From the NCBI GenBank assembly GCA_964248365.1, contig CAXTYC010000007.1, positions 60,552 to 124,551 of the forward strand: 64,000 bases of DNA. Reading direction: 5' to 3'. The notes beneath the pieces are model-generated. The model did not search any database and was not told the origin of the DNA. It saw nothing but the letters and a program-made list of their open reading frames with translations. This document shows, one piece after another, positions 1 to 12,128 of this stretch. The position numbers were made by a program, and so were the translations under genes. The first letter of the stretch is position 1; every line of letters begins with the position of its first letter. Origin of the DNA: an uncultured Chroococcidiopsis sp. GTDB lineage: Bacteria; Cyanobacteriota; Cyanobacteriia; Cyanobacteriales; Chroococcidiopsidaceae.

Positions 1-372
<372 letters not shown>

Positions 373-479
373 TTACGGGGCTTTGGGCAAGGTTGAAGTA
401 TGAAGTTAGAAGGATAAAGTGTAAAGTGTAGAAATTTCAGCCTTTAGCCCTTATCCTACCCCTTCGCTCCTCGCGCTCG

Positions 480-1361
480 CTACATCCTTTCATGGAGTTG
501 GGAATAGCTCAATACTGTATTTTGCAATAGCATGGCTACGGTCATTGGACCTATGCCGCCTGGAACTGGGGTGAGAAATTCTGCCACTTCTTGAACTGAC
601 TCAAAATCCACGTCCCCAACTAAACGGCTATTACCATTGCCATCCTCTACACGATTAATGCCGACATCTACTACAACAGCCCCCCTTTTGACCATTTCGG
701 CTGTGATCAGTTTTGTCCGACCTACGGCGGCGATGAGAATATCAGCTTGCCGAGTGATGGCTGGAAGGTTATGCGATCGGGAGTGGGCGATCGTCACTGT
801 GGCATCAGCCTCTAGTAACATCAAAGCTAGGGGCTTGCCTACTAAAATACTCCGACCAACGACAACCGCTTGTTTTCCCTTGGGATCAATCTGATATTCC
901 TGCAACAAACGCATTACTCCTGCTGGGGTACAACTGCGTAAACCTTTTTCCCCCCGCACAAGTCGCCCCAAATTAGCTGGGTGCAGTCCGTCAGCATCTT
1001 TGTCTGGATCGATTTGATGCAGTAAGCTAACGGCATCTAAGTGATCTGGTAAAGGCAGTTGAACAAGAATGCCGTCCACCCGTTGATCCTGATTTAGGGC
1101 AAGAATTGCTTGCTCTAATTCTGATTGACTGGTGTTGACTGGGAAATGCTGCCCAAAGGAGGCAATACCAACTTTATTACTTGCTCGTTCTTTATTACGT
1201 ACATAGGCAGCACTAGCAGGATTATCACCCACCATCAACACGGCTAAACCTGGTTTTCGTCCAATTTGCGGTTGTAATGCTTGAATGCGCTGTTGTAGTT
1301 CGATCTGAATTTTCTCAGCTAGTGCTTTACCATCCATTAATTGGGCAGTTTTTGTATTCAT
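480..1361 (-). CDS. folD: bifunctional methylene-THF dehydrogenase/cyclohydrolase
   Basis: [27 protein letters not shown] and [11 protein letters not shown] motifs. Confidence 0.97.
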   Translation of the reverse strand: MNTKTAQLMDGKALAEKIQIELQQRIQALQPQIGRKPGLAVLMVGDNPASAAYVRNKERASNKVGIASFGQHFPVNTSQSELEQAILALNQDQRVDGILVQLPLPDHLDAVSLLHQIDPDKDADGLHPANLGRLVRGEKGLRSCTPAGVMRLLQEYQIDPKGKQAVVVGRSILVGKPLALMLLEADATVTIAHSRSHNLPAITRQADILIAAVGRTKLITAEMVKRGAVVVDVGINRVEDGNGNSRLVGDVDFESVQEVAEFLTPVPGGIGPMTVAMLLQNTVLSYSQLHERM

Positions 1362-1442
1362 TGCGGTTTGGGGAACTTTGCTAGAGTGTACCTGTCTTGG
1401 GCAATTGTTATTCTTAGGATCTAATAGTTTACGAAATTTAAG

Positions 1443-1919
1443 ATGTTTAACGTAGACCGAAGGGCTTGCCGCAGGCTACCGCAAAGGACGCAAAGGGCGC
1501 TAAGGAAACAGAGAGGATTTTATGAATTTTTTGGGATCGCTATAGGAGGGAAAATTTTTATTTTAGCTATTTATTCGTTTTTGGGAGTTGGGCTAGTTAG
1601 TTGTGGTGGTTTATCTCCGTATACGATGAATAGAATTGACTTGATAACGGGGGTTGATGTTGTTAATATTCGCAATCTTACACATGAGCAAAACACAGAA
1701 GCTACAGTTTATGTGCGAGGCAAAGTAATACGGCAAGTTCCTTTAGTTGATTGGCGAGTGTATCAACTGCAAGATACAACTGGTAGCATTTGGGTTTTAA
1801 GTAAAAAAACTAACTTAAGACCACAAGAGCAAGTTTTGATTAAAGGCAAGGTGCGCCACAAAAGTATTCCTATTGCAGGCAAGGATTTTGGGGAAGTTTA
1901 CGTAGAAGAGGAACAATAG
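1443..1919 (+). CDS. hypothetical OB-fold-like lipoprotein; true start probably downstream of 1443, because the N-terminus is translated repeat DNA
   Basis: LVSC lipobox-like segment and an OB-like VYVRGKV...[12 protein letters not shown] pattern. Confidence 0.6.
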   Translation: MFNVDRRACRRLPQRTQRALRKQRGFYEFFGIAIGGKIFILAIYSFLGVGLVSCGGLSPYTMNRIDLITGVDVVNIRNLTHEQNTEATVYVRGKVIRQVPLVDWRVYQLQDTTGSIWVLSKKTNLRPQEQVLIKGKVRHKSIPIAGKDFGEVYVEEEQ

Positions 1920-1954
1920 CTAGAACAAATTTTAACTTGTTAATGCCCAAAATC

Positions 1955-2380
1955 ATGAGTAATCAAACTGTTGAAGTAGCGATCGCTATCCTCTACCGCG
2001 ACAACAAATTTCTCTTCCAACTTCGAGACGACATCCCTAACATTGTCTACCCTGGACACTGGGGACTATTTGGCGGTCATCTCGATCCTGGGGAAACTCC
2101 CGAAGTTGCCGTAAAACGAGAACTGTTAGAAGAAATCGGCTATACTATTGCGAGTATATCAAAGTTTGGCTGTTACAACGATATTAAGGTAGTTCGCCAT
2201 GTTTACCACGCACCCCTGACAGTCAAATTAAATCAGCTAATTCTGGCTGAAGGCTGGGATTTAGACTTATTAACATCTGAGCAAATTCGTCAAGGCAATT
2301 GTTATTCAGCTAAAGCCGATCAAGTGTTACCTCTAGTACCCGCTGCACAAAGAATTTTACTTGATTTCATCGGCAAATGA
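1955..2380 (+). CDS. NUDIX hydrolase
   Basis: Nudix box GGHLDPGETPEVAVKRELLEEIG. Confidence 0.92.
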   Translation: MSNQTVEVAIAILYRDNKFLFQLRDDIPNIVYPGHWGLFGGHLDPGETPEVAVKRELLEEIGYTIASISKFGCYNDIKVVRHVYHAPLTVKLNQLILAEGWDLDLLTSEQIRQGNCYSAKADQVLPLVPAAQRILLDFIGK

Positions 2381-2390
2381 AAACGACAAA

Positions 2391-3029
2391 ATGAACCTGC
2401 CTTTTTTTAATTTGAATGCTTTAGAACAAGAACTGAAAGAACTGCCTCACCTTCACAGAGTTGCTTTTGCAGCTGCTATTTGCGAAAGAATGCTGCCCAA
2501 CTACAACGCCTTTTCACGCATGGAAAATTGGGGCAACCCTTCTGTACCAAGAAAGGCACTTGATGAGATTTGGCATATTTTGCTAGGAGAACCAGCAAAT
2601 GTCACAAAACTTCACCAATTAAGACAAGAGTGCGGTTGCGAAGGTGTCTTTCCTGATTGCGATAAATTTTGCGATTCCTACTATCTTTTTGAAGCCCAAG
2701 AAACTCTTTTTGCTATCCGTGCTACCTTGCAAGCTTTTCTAGATTCAGACTTGCAAAATATCCTCTAGGTTGTTAAATGTGCTAGATTTAATACTATTGA
2801 ATCATTTATATATGCGAGAGACAAATCCTTTAAGGTGAGTCCACAAGAAGATGAATTAGAAGTGATTGCCCCCATGATCGCCAATCATCCATTAGCAGTG
2901 CGGGAATTGGCAAAAGAAAATGAAGATTTGCAAAGATTGAAAGAAGCGAAAACGCTGGATTGCGAATTGCTGAAATGGCTTCGCACTTCGTTCAATAATG
3001 ACGGAAAGAGTATAATAGACGCGATTTGA
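2391..3029 (+). pseudogene. DUF416/YjaG-like gene interrupted by one in-frame TAG (2766-2768)
   Basis: HRVAFAAAICERMLPNYNAF motif; ORFs 2361-2768 and 2835-3029 share a frame, which stays open after the TAG (L*VVKCARFNTIESF...). Confidence 0.8.
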
Positions 3030-3393
3030 TATCGTTATTAGTTACTAAGCTGAGCCAGGAAACGAGGGTTTAGAGGGCGCAAACAAAGCTGAGTTTTACA
3101 CTATTTTGTCAAAATTATGAAATAATCTAGTTATTTATTTAAAAATTCAGCAAAAAAAGATTAACTAGATGCGGATTTTAGTTCACTTAACATCTCACAA
3201 AAATATTCAAAAAATTATGTAGTAATGAAAATGCTCAAATTAGAGAAGCAAGCGCTTGAAGTTTATGAGAAATAAATAAACAAGATGCATTTGTTTATCT
3301 GAAGAAATTAAAAGCTGACATAATACTTGAAGTTTTGACAGAATACATTAATGATAATAGTTGAGCAGTTGAAATTAGTTTATAATTAATTAA

Positions 3394-4257
3394 ATGAGTT
3401 TTGAACCTGCTGCCAAGGCATGGCATAACGGCAAGATAGTTGAACGGGAACAAGCTGCACCATCGATCGCTAGCCACTCTCTGCACCTGGGTGTAGGTGT
3501 ATTTGATGGTATCATGGCGTATTGGAATGGCGATCGCTATTACATTCATCGTCTGGAAGCACATTTAGATCGCCTGCGTCATGGTGCTACAAAAATGGGG
3601 CTGCAATTTTCCTGGTCGAATCAAGATATAAAATCAGGTTTGTTGTCACTCCTAGATCAAATTCCCGCAACTAATTACTACATCCGACCAATTGTTTACC
3701 GTGCCGGAGCATATCTAACCTTTAACGATGAAATGCCTGTCGATATTACTATATTGGCAGTTACTATTGCCCGTGATGTAGACAAATCTCTTACTTGCCA
3801 CATTTCAAAATTTGAGCGTGTTTCTGGTCGTGCTATTCCAGTAACCTGGAAGATATGCGGCACATACGTTAACAGTTACTTAAGCCGTCGTGCGGCTGGG
3901 GCGGATGGATTTGATGATGCCATCTTGCTCGATCAAAAAGGTAGAATTACCGAAGCAACAGCCGCTAATATTTTTTTCCTACAAAAAGATACAGTTATTA
4001 CACCAGCACTGACTGAAAATATTTTTCCTGGCATCACCCGTTCTACACTGCTAGATATTGCCTCTGAGGTAGGAATTGAAGTGATTGAACGCGATATTTT
4101 CCCAGAAGAACTAAGAAATTTCGAGGGTGCTTTCTTAGCCGCCACCATGATGGAATTAAAGCCATTAGCAAGGATTGATAACTATCACTATGAGTCGTCA
4201 AACCATCCCTTATTTCGTTGCTTTTTGCATGAGTTTCGCCAGATTACCCACCAATAA
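3394..4257 (+). CDS. class IV PLP-dependent aminotransferase (IlvE/PabC-like)
   Basis: LHLGVGVFDG, K-I-C-G-T-Y, EATAANIF and PGITR motifs. Confidence 0.88.
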   Translation: MSFEPAAKAWHNGKIVEREQAAPSIASHSLHLGVGVFDGIMAYWNGDRYYIHRLEAHLDRLRHGATKMGLQFSWSNQDIKSGLLSLLDQIPATNYYIRPIVYRAGAYLTFNDEMPVDITILAVTIARDVDKSLTCHISKFERVSGRAIPVTWKICGTYVNSYLSRRAAGADGFDDAILLDQKGRITEATAANIFFLQKDTVITPALTENIFPGITRSTLLDIASEVGIEVIERDIFPEELRNFEGAFLAATMMELKPLARIDNYHYESSNHPLFRCFLHEFRQITHQ

Positions 4258-4379
4258 AATAATTCACAATTCGTAATTTGGAATTATTTTATAGCTCCCT
4301 CAGCTCCCTCAGCTTCCTTTTGCTCTCTTATCTGCGGTAAAGTCGTAAAAGACACAAGTGTATAACTGACTGGCTATCC

Positions 4380-7022
4380 ATGAAAGTTCCTCCTGCATCT
4401 ACTCCAGAAGAAACCCCGCTCAAAGCGCAACCTCACTGTGATACTCGAATAGTAGATCGCAGCAAGCTGAGTAAGATGTATCAGCACTATGTCGAGGTGA
4501 AAGATAAGTATCCTCATGCTTTACTGCTGTATCGCTGTGGAGATTTCTTTGAAACTTTTTTTGAAGATGCTGTAGTTGTAGCAAGAGAACTCGAACTCGT
4601 CCTTACCAGTAAGCACGGGGGCGAAGTTGGTAGGGTAGCAATGACAGGAGTGCCACATCATGCTTGGGAACGCTATACTACCCAACTGGTGGAAAAAGGG
4701 TATGCAGTTGTAATTTGCGATCAAGTAGAAGACGCGGCTGAGGCTGTTGGTTTGGTGCGGCGAGAGGTGACACGCATCCTTACTCCTGGTACTTTGCTGG
4801 AAGAGGGAATGCTCAAGTCAAGTCGTAATAATTATCTTGCAGCCGTAGTTATTGCAGGAAATCACTGGGGTTTAGCCTATACTGATATTTCGACGGGCGA
4901 ATTTCTCACTACGCAAGCTAGCGATTTAGAGCATCTGACACAAGAATTGATGCGTTTACAGCCTTCGGAGGTGCTTTTTCCCACCAATGCACCAGATTTG
5001 AGGGCGTTGCTGCGTCCAGGGGAAACATCGGAACATCTACCCCAATGTCTACCCCCATCATTTTGTTATGCCTTGCGATCGCAAATTCCTTTTTCCTCAG
5101 CCGAAGCTAGACAAAGATTATTACAAAGATTTAAAGTGCGAAGTCTTGAAGGTTTCGGCTGTGAAGATTTACCCCTAGCAGTAAGGGCAGCTGGGGGCTT
5201 ACTGGAGTATTTAGAAGAAACCCAAAAAGAAAACCCAGTTTCTCTTCAACACCTACGCACCTATACGATCACAGATTACCTCATTTTAGATTACCAAACA
5301 AGGCGCAATCTTGAAATTACCCAAACAGTCAGAGATGGCACTTTTCACGGTTCTCTTTTGTGGGCGGTGGATAAAACTAGTACCGCAATGGGTGGTAGGG
5401 CTTTGCGACGGTGGTTTTTACAACCGCTATTAGATATAAAAGGTATTCGAGCAAGACTTGATACTATTCAAGAACTGCTAGAAAACGGTTCCCTACGTCA
5501 AGATTTACGGCAACTACTACGCCAAATATATGACTTAGAAAGGCTAACTGGTAGGGCAGGTTCTGGAACGGCAAACGCTAGAGATTTAGTAGCTTTGGCT
5601 GATTCCTTGTTGAGATTACCCCAAATTGCGCGGTTGGTAGAAGAAGTGCGATCGCCTTATCTACGCGCTTTACAGAAAGTACCACCAATTTTAGAACAAC
5701 TAGGGCAAAAACTCCGCGAACATATTGTAGAATCGCCCCCAATTCACATAACAGAAGGAAATTTAATTCGTCCTGGTATAAATCCCCAATTAGATCAAAG
5801 GCGGCAGCTGTTAGAAGAAGATCTGCAATGGGTTGCTAATTTTGAAATCGATGAAAAGGCAAGGACGGGAATACCTACGCTCAAAGTAGGTCACAATGAT
5901 ACTTTTGGTTACTACATTAGTATTTCCCGCGCTAAAACCGATCAAGTTCCCACTAACTACATCCGCAAGCAAACTCTGAAGAATGAAGAGCGCTATTATA
6001 CTCCAGAGTTGAAGGAACGCGAAGCGCGTATCCTTACGGCACAGAAGGATTTGAATCAGCTAGAGTATGAGGTTTTCGCCGAGTTACGGCTGATGGTGGC
6101 ACAAGAGGCGGAATTAATTCGTAATATATCTCGTGCTGTGGCAGCTGCGGATGTGTTGTGTGGTTTTGCTGAGGTGGCGGTTTATCAGGGATATTGCCGA
6201 CCTGAAGTTGTGGAGGGGCGAGAGATTACGATTGTTGATGGGCGGCATCCTGTTGTTGAGCAGTCTTTGCCTGCTGGGTTTTTTGTGCCAAATTCGACCC
6301 AGTTGGGGAGGGAAGAAACGAACCGCCCAGACGCAAGCCTGGGGTTTAAACCCCAGGGAAACGCACAGAAGGAGGAGAAGCCGGATTTGATTATTTTGAC
6401 GGGACCTAATGCTAGTGGGAAGAGTTGTTATCTACGGCAGGTGGGGTTGATTCAGTTGATGGCTCAGGTGGGTAGTTTTGTGCCTGCGCGTGAGGCTAGG
6501 TTGCCAGTTTGCGATCGCATTTTCACCCGCGTGGGGGCGGTGGATGATTTGGCTACTGGTCAATCTACTTTTATGGTGGAAATGAATGAGACTGCTAATA
6601 TTCTCAATCATGCTAGTGCTAAATCTTTGGTGTTGTTGGATGAGATTGGTAGGGGAACGGCGACTTTTGATGGGCTTTCTATCGCTTGGGCTGTGGCAGA
6701 ATATCTAGCTACTGAAATTAAGGCACGAACGATTTTTGCTACTCATTACCACGAATTGAATGAATTGGCTTCGATTTTGTCTAATGTGGCTAATTATCAG
6801 GTGACGGTGAAGGAATTACCTGACCAAATTATTTTCTTGCACCAGGTTCAGCCTGGTGGTGCTGATAAGTCTTATGGTATTGAGGCGGGACGCTTGGCGG
6901 GTTTACCAGCTGTAGTAATTGCGCGGGCTAAGCAAGTTATGGGGCAAATCGAACAGCACAGCAAAATTGCCATCGGTTTACGTGAAAGCAACTTGACTGG
7001 GGGGCTAGAGGCTAGGGGCTAG
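4380..7022 (+). CDS. mutS: DNA mismatch repair protein MutS
   Basis: GDFFE motif, Walker [44 protein letters not shown]. Confidence 0.98.
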   Translation: MKVPPASTPEETPLKAQPHCDTRIVDRSKLSKMYQHYVEVKDKYPHALLLYRCGDFFETFFEDAVVVARELELVLTSKHGGEVGRVAMTGVPHHAWERYTTQLVEKGYAVVICDQVEDAAEAVGLVRREVTRILTPGTLLEEGMLKSSRNNYLAAVVIAGNHWGLAYTDISTGEFLTTQASDLEHLTQELMRLQPSEVLFPTNAPDLRALLRPGETSEHLPQCLPPSFCYALRSQIPFSSAEARQRLLQRFKVRSLEGFGCEDLPLAVRAAGGLLEYLEETQKENPVSLQHLRTYTITDYLILDYQTRRNLEITQTVRDGTFHGSLLWAVDKTSTAMGGRALRRWFLQPLLDIKGIRARLDTIQELLENGSLRQDLRQLLRQIYDLERLTGRAGSGTANARDLVALADSLLRLPQIARLVEEVRSPYLRALQKVPPILEQLGQKLREHIVESPPIHITEGNLIRPGINPQLDQRRQLLEEDLQWVANFEIDEKARTGIPTLKVGHNDTFGYYISISRAKTDQVPTNYIRKQTLKNEERYYTPELKEREARILTAQKDLNQLEYEVFAELRLMVAQEAELIRNISRAVAAADVLCGFAEVAVYQGYCRPEVVEGREITIVDGRHPVVEQSLPAGFFVPNSTQLGREETNRPDASLGFKPQGNAQKEEKPDLIILTGPNASGKSCYLRQVGLIQLMAQVGSFVPAREARLPVCDRIFTRVGAVDDLATGQSTFMVEMNETANILNHASAKSLVLLDEIGRGTATFDGLSIAWAVAEYLATEIKARTIFATHYHELNELASILSNVANYQVTVKELPDQIIFLHQVQPGGADKSYGIEAGRLAGLPAVVIARAKQVMGQIEQHSKIAIGLRESNLTGGLEARG

Positions 7023-7126
7023 GGGCTAGAAGAGGACTTGGGGAGGGGGAAGACTTGGAGACAGGGGGAAGCTTAAAGTAATTCTCACCTTGTCCCCTTG
7101 TCCCCTTGTCCCCTGCTCTGTTTCCC

Positions 7127-7801
7127 CTACTTCCCCAAAATCAATATATTTCCCTGCTCGTCAACTACTCCAGCTTCTCCAACTCCATGCACCCAAATTT
7201 TGCCCAGTGCAATGGTTTTGCTGTAATGCTCGTGATGATGACCGTGAAATGCTGTTTTGACTCCCATTGCTTTGGCTAAAGCGTCAAGTTCTTTGAAGCC
7301 GTAGCGATGGCTGGATGGAGCTTCATGAGTTACCAGAATATCAGCTTGCTGTGAAGCGAGTGTTTTGTAATGCTGCCAGAATATACTCGCATGGTGTTTG
7401 CGGGGAATTCCACCACGCCAGCGTTCTCCTTTGCGACAATTGAATAAGAGATCTTTGGGACTACGGAATTTTGGCACAGCGGGGGGCATCCAGATTTTGG
7501 CTCGGAAAACTCCGCCCAGTCCAGCTACTCGCTTGCCATCAATTTCGACTACACGACCATGTAGATTGTGGTGGGCAAGTTTGGAATTGAATAGGTTATC
7601 ATACCACTGGTCTTGGTCAGCGTCATGGTTGCCGGGGATAAACCATACTTGAGTTTTGTCTAGTATGGCAGCCAGCTCTAAATCAAGCGATCGCTCTAGG
7701 TCATAATCTCCCAGCAAAACTACTGCCTTGGGAGAATATGTTTCTACCGCCTGAATAATCGCTCTGAAATCGCCGTGCGGATCTCCACCAAACAAAATCA
7801 T
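7127..7801 (-). CDS. calcineurin-like metallophosphoesterase
   Basis: GDPHG, LGD, GNHD, THEAP and HGHHH motifs. Confidence 0.9.
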   Translation of the reverse strand: MILFGGDPHGDFRAIIQAVETYSPKAVVLLGDYDLERSLDLELAAILDKTQVWFIPGNHDADQDQWYDNLFNSKLAHHNLHGRVVEIDGKRVAGLGGVFRAKIWMPPAVPKFRSPKDLLFNCRKGERWRGGIPRKHHASIFWQHYKTLASQQADILVTHEAPSSHRYGFKELDALAKAMGVKTAFHGHHHEHYSKTIALGKIWVHGVGEAGVVDEQGNILILGK

Positions 7802-7989
7802 GACGTTGACAATAAAACATCCTATTTATCAGGATCGTACTGTCCGCACTCAAGTCGGGAAATGTTACATTTCTAAATTATCTGCCCCCAGTTGGATTAC
7901 ACTTTGTTGCAGAATGCTAATGACAGCAAACATTGAATGGTAATTTCTATTTTTGGATAGCGCAGCAAAAAAAGGAGAACACTGTAGCA

Positions 7990-8244
7990 ATGCAATTAAA
8001 AATACTACCCAACGATATGGTACGGGAAGATTTGAGTGATTATGTTGCCCATCTTCAACTACATATGGCTCTGCAAGCTCGAAATCTCGTTCCCACCCTT
8101 ACCCAACAAGTAGTAGATAGCCGCGAACAGTTACTCCACCAAACCCAAGCAACTTTTGAAAAAATGGCTTCTCGCCAATCAATTTACCCCTACGGTCAGC
8201 AAAGATTATGTCCATTGTTGACAAAACTTAAAGTTTTTGCTTGA
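7990..8244 (+). CDS. small hypothetical protein
   Basis: AGGAG upstream of ATG 7990; followed by a terminator. Confidence 0.6.
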   Translation: MQLKILPNDMVREDLSDYVAHLQLHMALQARNLVPTLTQQVVDSREQLLHQTQATFEKMASRQSIYPYGQQRLCPLLTKLKVFA

Positions 8245-8264
8245 GAAATTTAAAATTTAAATTC

Positions 8265-8315
8265 AAAGACCTTGTGAGTTAAACAAAAATTGTCTAGCCA
8301 CAAGGTCTTTTTTTT
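8265..8315 (+). terminator. intrinsic terminator
   Basis: aaagaccttgtg...cacaaggtcttt stem followed by a T-run. Confidence 0.7.
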
Positions 8316-8554
8316 GAGGAGCAATGAGCAGGAGTGAGGAGCGAAGGAAAAGGTGAGAGTGGGAGAAATTATGAATTCCCTTGTCCCCTTGTCCCCTTGT
8401 CCTCTTGTCCTCTTAGCGCCTTTGCGTCTTTGCGTGACCAAAATCTAAAATCTGAAATTGGACAGACAACGGCATTTGCTATAAAACCGTTAATATAATG
8501 GCAGCGATCAACAATTGTTTGTTACTTCGCAGCTAAATAGTAGCCCGATGAACC

Positions 8555-9799
8555 ATGACTTCAGTGCTTCCCCAAAACTCCAGCGTTGTCATCCGACCAT
8601 TTCAAAACCGAGATCTGGAACAAATTGAACGACTCTATGCCGAGTCGTTCGAGGCGGAAAATTCAGTAGGAAATAGCGACCAAAAGCAGTTGCACTGGCT
8701 GCGTGGCTGGTACTGGCTGCTGAAGTTTTTCAGCGTCTTTCCCAACCCACTCCAGTACCGTTTCTGTGTCTACGTAGCAGAACAAAATCGGATGGTGCAG
8801 GGGATGATTAAAGTAGCGCCCTTCAACCGCACACGCAGTACTTGGAGGGTGGAAAAGGTTGCAGTTGATACCACCGTTCGCGCCCAAGGAATTGGCTCAC
8901 AACTTTTACGCCACTGTTTTGAAGCAATTGGGGAGGCTCGCACATGGTTGCTAGAAGTTGACGTTAATGACAAAGAAGCACTAGCTCTTTACCGCCAGAA
9001 TGGGTTTCAAACTCTAGCTCAGCTAACGTACTGGGAAATTAGACCAGAATTGCTTCAGGAATTGGCAATAGGCGAACCAGATCTGCCCAACCTTCTACCT
9101 GTAAGTAATGCCGATGCTCAACTTCTGTATCAGCTAGATACAGCATCTATGCCGCCCCTGGTGCGTCAAGTTTTTGACCGCAACGCAGATGATTTCAAAA
9201 CCAGCTTGTTAGGTGGGCTGCTCGAAGGCTTCAAGCAGTGGATGACCAAAACAGAGGTAGTAAGTGGATATGTGTTTGAACCCCAGCGCAAGGCTGCTAT
9301 AGGCTATTTTCAGGTGCGTGTGGATCGTCAGGGTAAACAACCCCATATGGCAACTTTGACAGTTCACCCAGCATATACCTGGCTGTATCCAGAGCTACTG
9401 TCCCAACTGGCGCGAATTAGCGGGGATTTTCCACCCCAATCTCTACGGCTGGCTTCGGCAGATTACCAACCAGAGCGGGAGGAGTATTTACAGCAAATTG
9501 GGGCAGATCGAATTGAACACACTCTGATGATGTCTCGTTCGGTTTGGCATAAGCTACGAGAATCTAAGTTGGTTTCCTTAGACGGGCTTCAATGGCCTGA
9601 AGTACTACAAGGTCTACAGCCTGCTCGCAAACCAGTTCCAGGCGGTATGTCTTGGGTAGAACGACGAGTGACTACGCCCCACTCCGTTCTTCACACCAGT
9701 TCATCTCATGAAAGTGCGGGGTATGTTAATAAATGCTCACCCGAAGCATTGCCACCATCGGAACCATCCCCACCGCAGTCAGAGAATGCTTGTGATTGA
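8555..9799 (+). CDS. tandem GNAT N-acetyltransferase
   Basis: RAQGIGSQLL acetyl-CoA motif, ALALYRQNGF, and a second GNAT-like half. Confidence 0.88.
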   Translation: MTSVLPQNSSVVIRPFQNRDLEQIERLYAESFEAENSVGNSDQKQLHWLRGWYWLLKFFSVFPNPLQYRFCVYVAEQNRMVQGMIKVAPFNRTRSTWRVEKVAVDTTVRAQGIGSQLLRHCFEAIGEARTWLLEVDVNDKEALALYRQNGFQTLAQLTYWEIRPELLQELAIGEPDLPNLLPVSNADAQLLYQLDTASMPPLVRQVFDRNADDFKTSLLGGLLEGFKQWMTKTEVVSGYVFEPQRKAAIGYFQVRVDRQGKQPHMATLTVHPAYTWLYPELLSQLARISGDFPPQSLRLASADYQPEREEYLQQIGADRIEHTLMMSRSVWHKLRESKLVSLDGLQWPEVLQGLQPARKPVPGGMSWVERRVTTPHSVLHTSSSHESAGYVNKCSPEALPPSEPSPPQSENACD

Positions 9800-10286
9800 A
9801 GACGAGCGATCGCACTTACAGCCAAAAAGTCAACCCCAGAGCCTAATTTCAGCCCTGGGTTTGGATATTGGTCGCAAACGCATCGGCGTAGCAGGCTGCG
9901 ATCGCACTGGTCTAATTGCCATTGGTCTAACCACCATCGAACGCAAATCTTTTGCCTCTGACATAGCACAATTTGAGCGCCTTGTCAAAGAGCGCTCAGT
10001 GCAAATCCTCGTCGTAGGTTTACCATATTCGATGGACGGAAGCATAGGTTTTCAAGCTAAACACGTACAAAAGTACGCTCAAAGGCTTGCCAAAGCTCTT
10101 AATTTGCCTTTGGTATATGTAGATGAGCGATTAACTTCCTTTCAAGCAGAACAAATGCTGCAAGCACAAAACCTTTCACCTTCTCGTAATAAAGGTTTGA
10201 TTGACCGCAAAGCAGCAGCACTGATTCTACAACAATGGTTAGATGAGCGCCGTCGATTAAATACAAGCACTTGGGCTAATAATTGA
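9786..10286 (+). CDS. ruvX: YqgF/RuvX pre-16S rRNA nuclease / resolvase-like
   Basis: LGLDIGRKRIGVA, VVGLP, DERLTS and IDRKAAALIL motifs; start uncertain. Confidence 0.93.
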   Translation: MLVIEDERSHLQPKSQPQSLISALGLDIGRKRIGVAGCDRTGLIAIGLTTIERKSFASDIAQFERLVKERSVQILVVGLPYSMDGSIGFQAKHVQKYAQRLAKALNLPLVYVDERLTSFQAEQMLQAQNLSPSRNKGLIDRKAAALILQQWLDERRRLNTSTWANN

Positions 10287-10430
10287 TAGCTACTACCAAC
10301 AGCGTGATATCCTGACTATCTAGACAGCACTTTATACCAGCTTTCCCGAAGGCTGGCATTTTGAGCAATTGCAAAACGTCGCGTGATTGACAAATTAACA
10401 GTAATTTGATCTCTTTTGGCTATACAGGCT

Positions 10431-11006
10431 ATGTTTTCATCTGCATCTTTTGAAGAAAATGAGAATTCCTCCGCAGGTTCGGTTACGCTGACGGATGAAG
10501 TAGGGCGCTCACTTGAGTGTTACGTCGAGCGATCGCTGTTTATAGAGGATCAAGAATACCTTCTACTCCTACCTGTTGACGCAGCAATTGAAATCTTCGC
10601 TTGGGAGAGTAATGGCGAAGACGAAGAAGCGATCCCAGTCGAAGACGACGCTACCATTGAGCAAATCTTTTCCACCGCCGAGGCTGTCTTAGCTGAGCAA
10701 AATCTGATCCTCAAGCGTACTGCTTTTGCCTTAACAGTTGCAGGCGAATTACCTGCGGTTGAAGACACAGAATTATTTACCCTGGAAATTGAAGATGAAT
10801 CAGACTCTTTAGAACCAGAGCAATTACAATTACTTGCCAGTTTTTACTACGAAGAGCAAGAATACTCAATCTACACTCCTCTCGATCCACTACTATTCTT
10901 TGCTCGGTTGAATAGCTCTGGTCAACCTGAGTTACTATCTCCAGAAGAGTTCCAAAAAGTACAGCCGCTATTAGCAGAGCAGCTGTTTGACGAACTCGAA
11001 GAATAG
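10431..11006 (+). CDS. acidic DUF3727/DUF1292-type protein
   Basis: Very acidic; YTPLDP motif; lies between ruvX and mltG. Confidence 0.75.
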   Translation: MFSSASFEENENSSAGSVTLTDEVGRSLECYVERSLFIEDQEYLLLLPVDAAIEIFAWESNGEDEEAIPVEDDATIEQIFSTAEAVLAEQNLILKRTAFALTVAGELPAVEDTELFTLEIEDESDSLEPEQLQLLASFYYEEQEYSIYTPLDPLLFFARLNSSGQPELLSPEEFQKVQPLLAEQLFDELEE

Positions 11007-11063
11007 CATAAACTACTGCCAAGAGCAAGTAGTTGTTGAAGGCAACTAGCATAAAAGTGGCGT

Positions 11064-12128
11064 GTGAAAGTTTTGAAGTTACGATTAATTTTGGGTCTGC
11101 TACCAGTAGCTCTAGGAATAGGTGCATTATCCGGCTGGAGTTGGTGGAGTCGAGAAAGTAGTCCAATTCAAAACGCAGCAACAGCAAATGCAACAGCAGT
11201 ACAAGTGCGCATTCCCCCAGGTACAGCATCTGGACAAATCGGACAAAAGCTAGAATCAGCTGGAGTAATTCGCTCCACCCAGGCTTGGGATTTATGGGCG
11301 CGATGGCTAAACTGGCAAGACCCCAACGGCGGATTTAAAGCGGGAACTTATCAACTATCCCCAAAAGAGCCTCTATCTGAAATAGCAGATAAAATTTGGC
11401 ACGGTCGAGTTATACAGCAAACCTTCACAATACCTGAAGGCTGGTCAAGGCGGCAAATGGCAGCTTACTTTGAAGCACAAGGATTTTTCTCGCAAAGCGA
11501 ATTCTTAGCAGCAACAAGCCAGATTCCCCGCCAAGAGTTTCCCTGGCTACCCGCTGATCTACCTCATCTGGAAGGATTTTTGTACCCAGATACTTACAAG
11601 ATAAATAGCGGTCGAATTACGCCCCAAGCCATCGTCGAGCAAATGCTCAATCAATTTCAGACCGTAGCACTACCAATTTATCAACAAGGTAAGAACTCGT
11701 CTAATCTTGACCTCAAGCAATGGGTGACTCTTGCTAGTATCGTCGAAAAAGAAGCAGTCGTACCTGGGGAGCGATCGCGTATTGCTGGAGTATTCACCTC
11801 TAGACTACGTAAGGGAGTACCACTGGGGAGCGATCCTACTGTAGAATATGCTCTCAATATCCGTCAGACAGTAGATCAGCCCTTAACTTATGCACAAGTA
11901 AACACGCCTTCTCCTTACAACACCTATCGGAACATTGGATTACCACCTACTCCCATCGCTAGCCCTGGTATAGCAAGTTTAAAAGCAGCACTCCATCCAG
12001 AAAATACTCCTTACCTCTATTTTGTAGCGCGATACGATGGCACTCATGTGTTTAGTCGCACCCTAGCCGAGCATAGTGCAGCCCAAGCAGCTATCCGCAA
12101 GCAAGTAGATTCCCAACCAAAAAACTAA
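11064..12128 (+). CDS. mltG: endolytic transglycosylase MltG
   Basis: TIPEG, LEGFLYPDTY, LASIVEKE, SPYNTY and GLPPTPIASPG motifs. Confidence 0.96.
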   Translation: MKVLKLRLILGLLPVALGIGALSGWSWWSRESSPIQNAATANATAVQVRIPPGTASGQIGQKLESAGVIRSTQAWDLWARWLNWQDPNGGFKAGTYQLSPKEPLSEIADKIWHGRVIQQTFTIPEGWSRRQMAAYFEAQGFFSQSEFLAATSQIPRQEFPWLPADLPHLEGFLYPDTYKINSGRITPQAIVEQMLNQFQTVALPIYQQGKNSSNLDLKQWVTLASIVEKEAVVPGERSRIAGVFTSRLRKGVPLGSDPTVEYALNIRQTVDQPLTYAQVNTPSPYNTYRNIGLPPTPIASPGIASLKAALHPENTPYLYFVARYDGTHVFSRTLAEHSAAQAAIRKQVDSQPKN

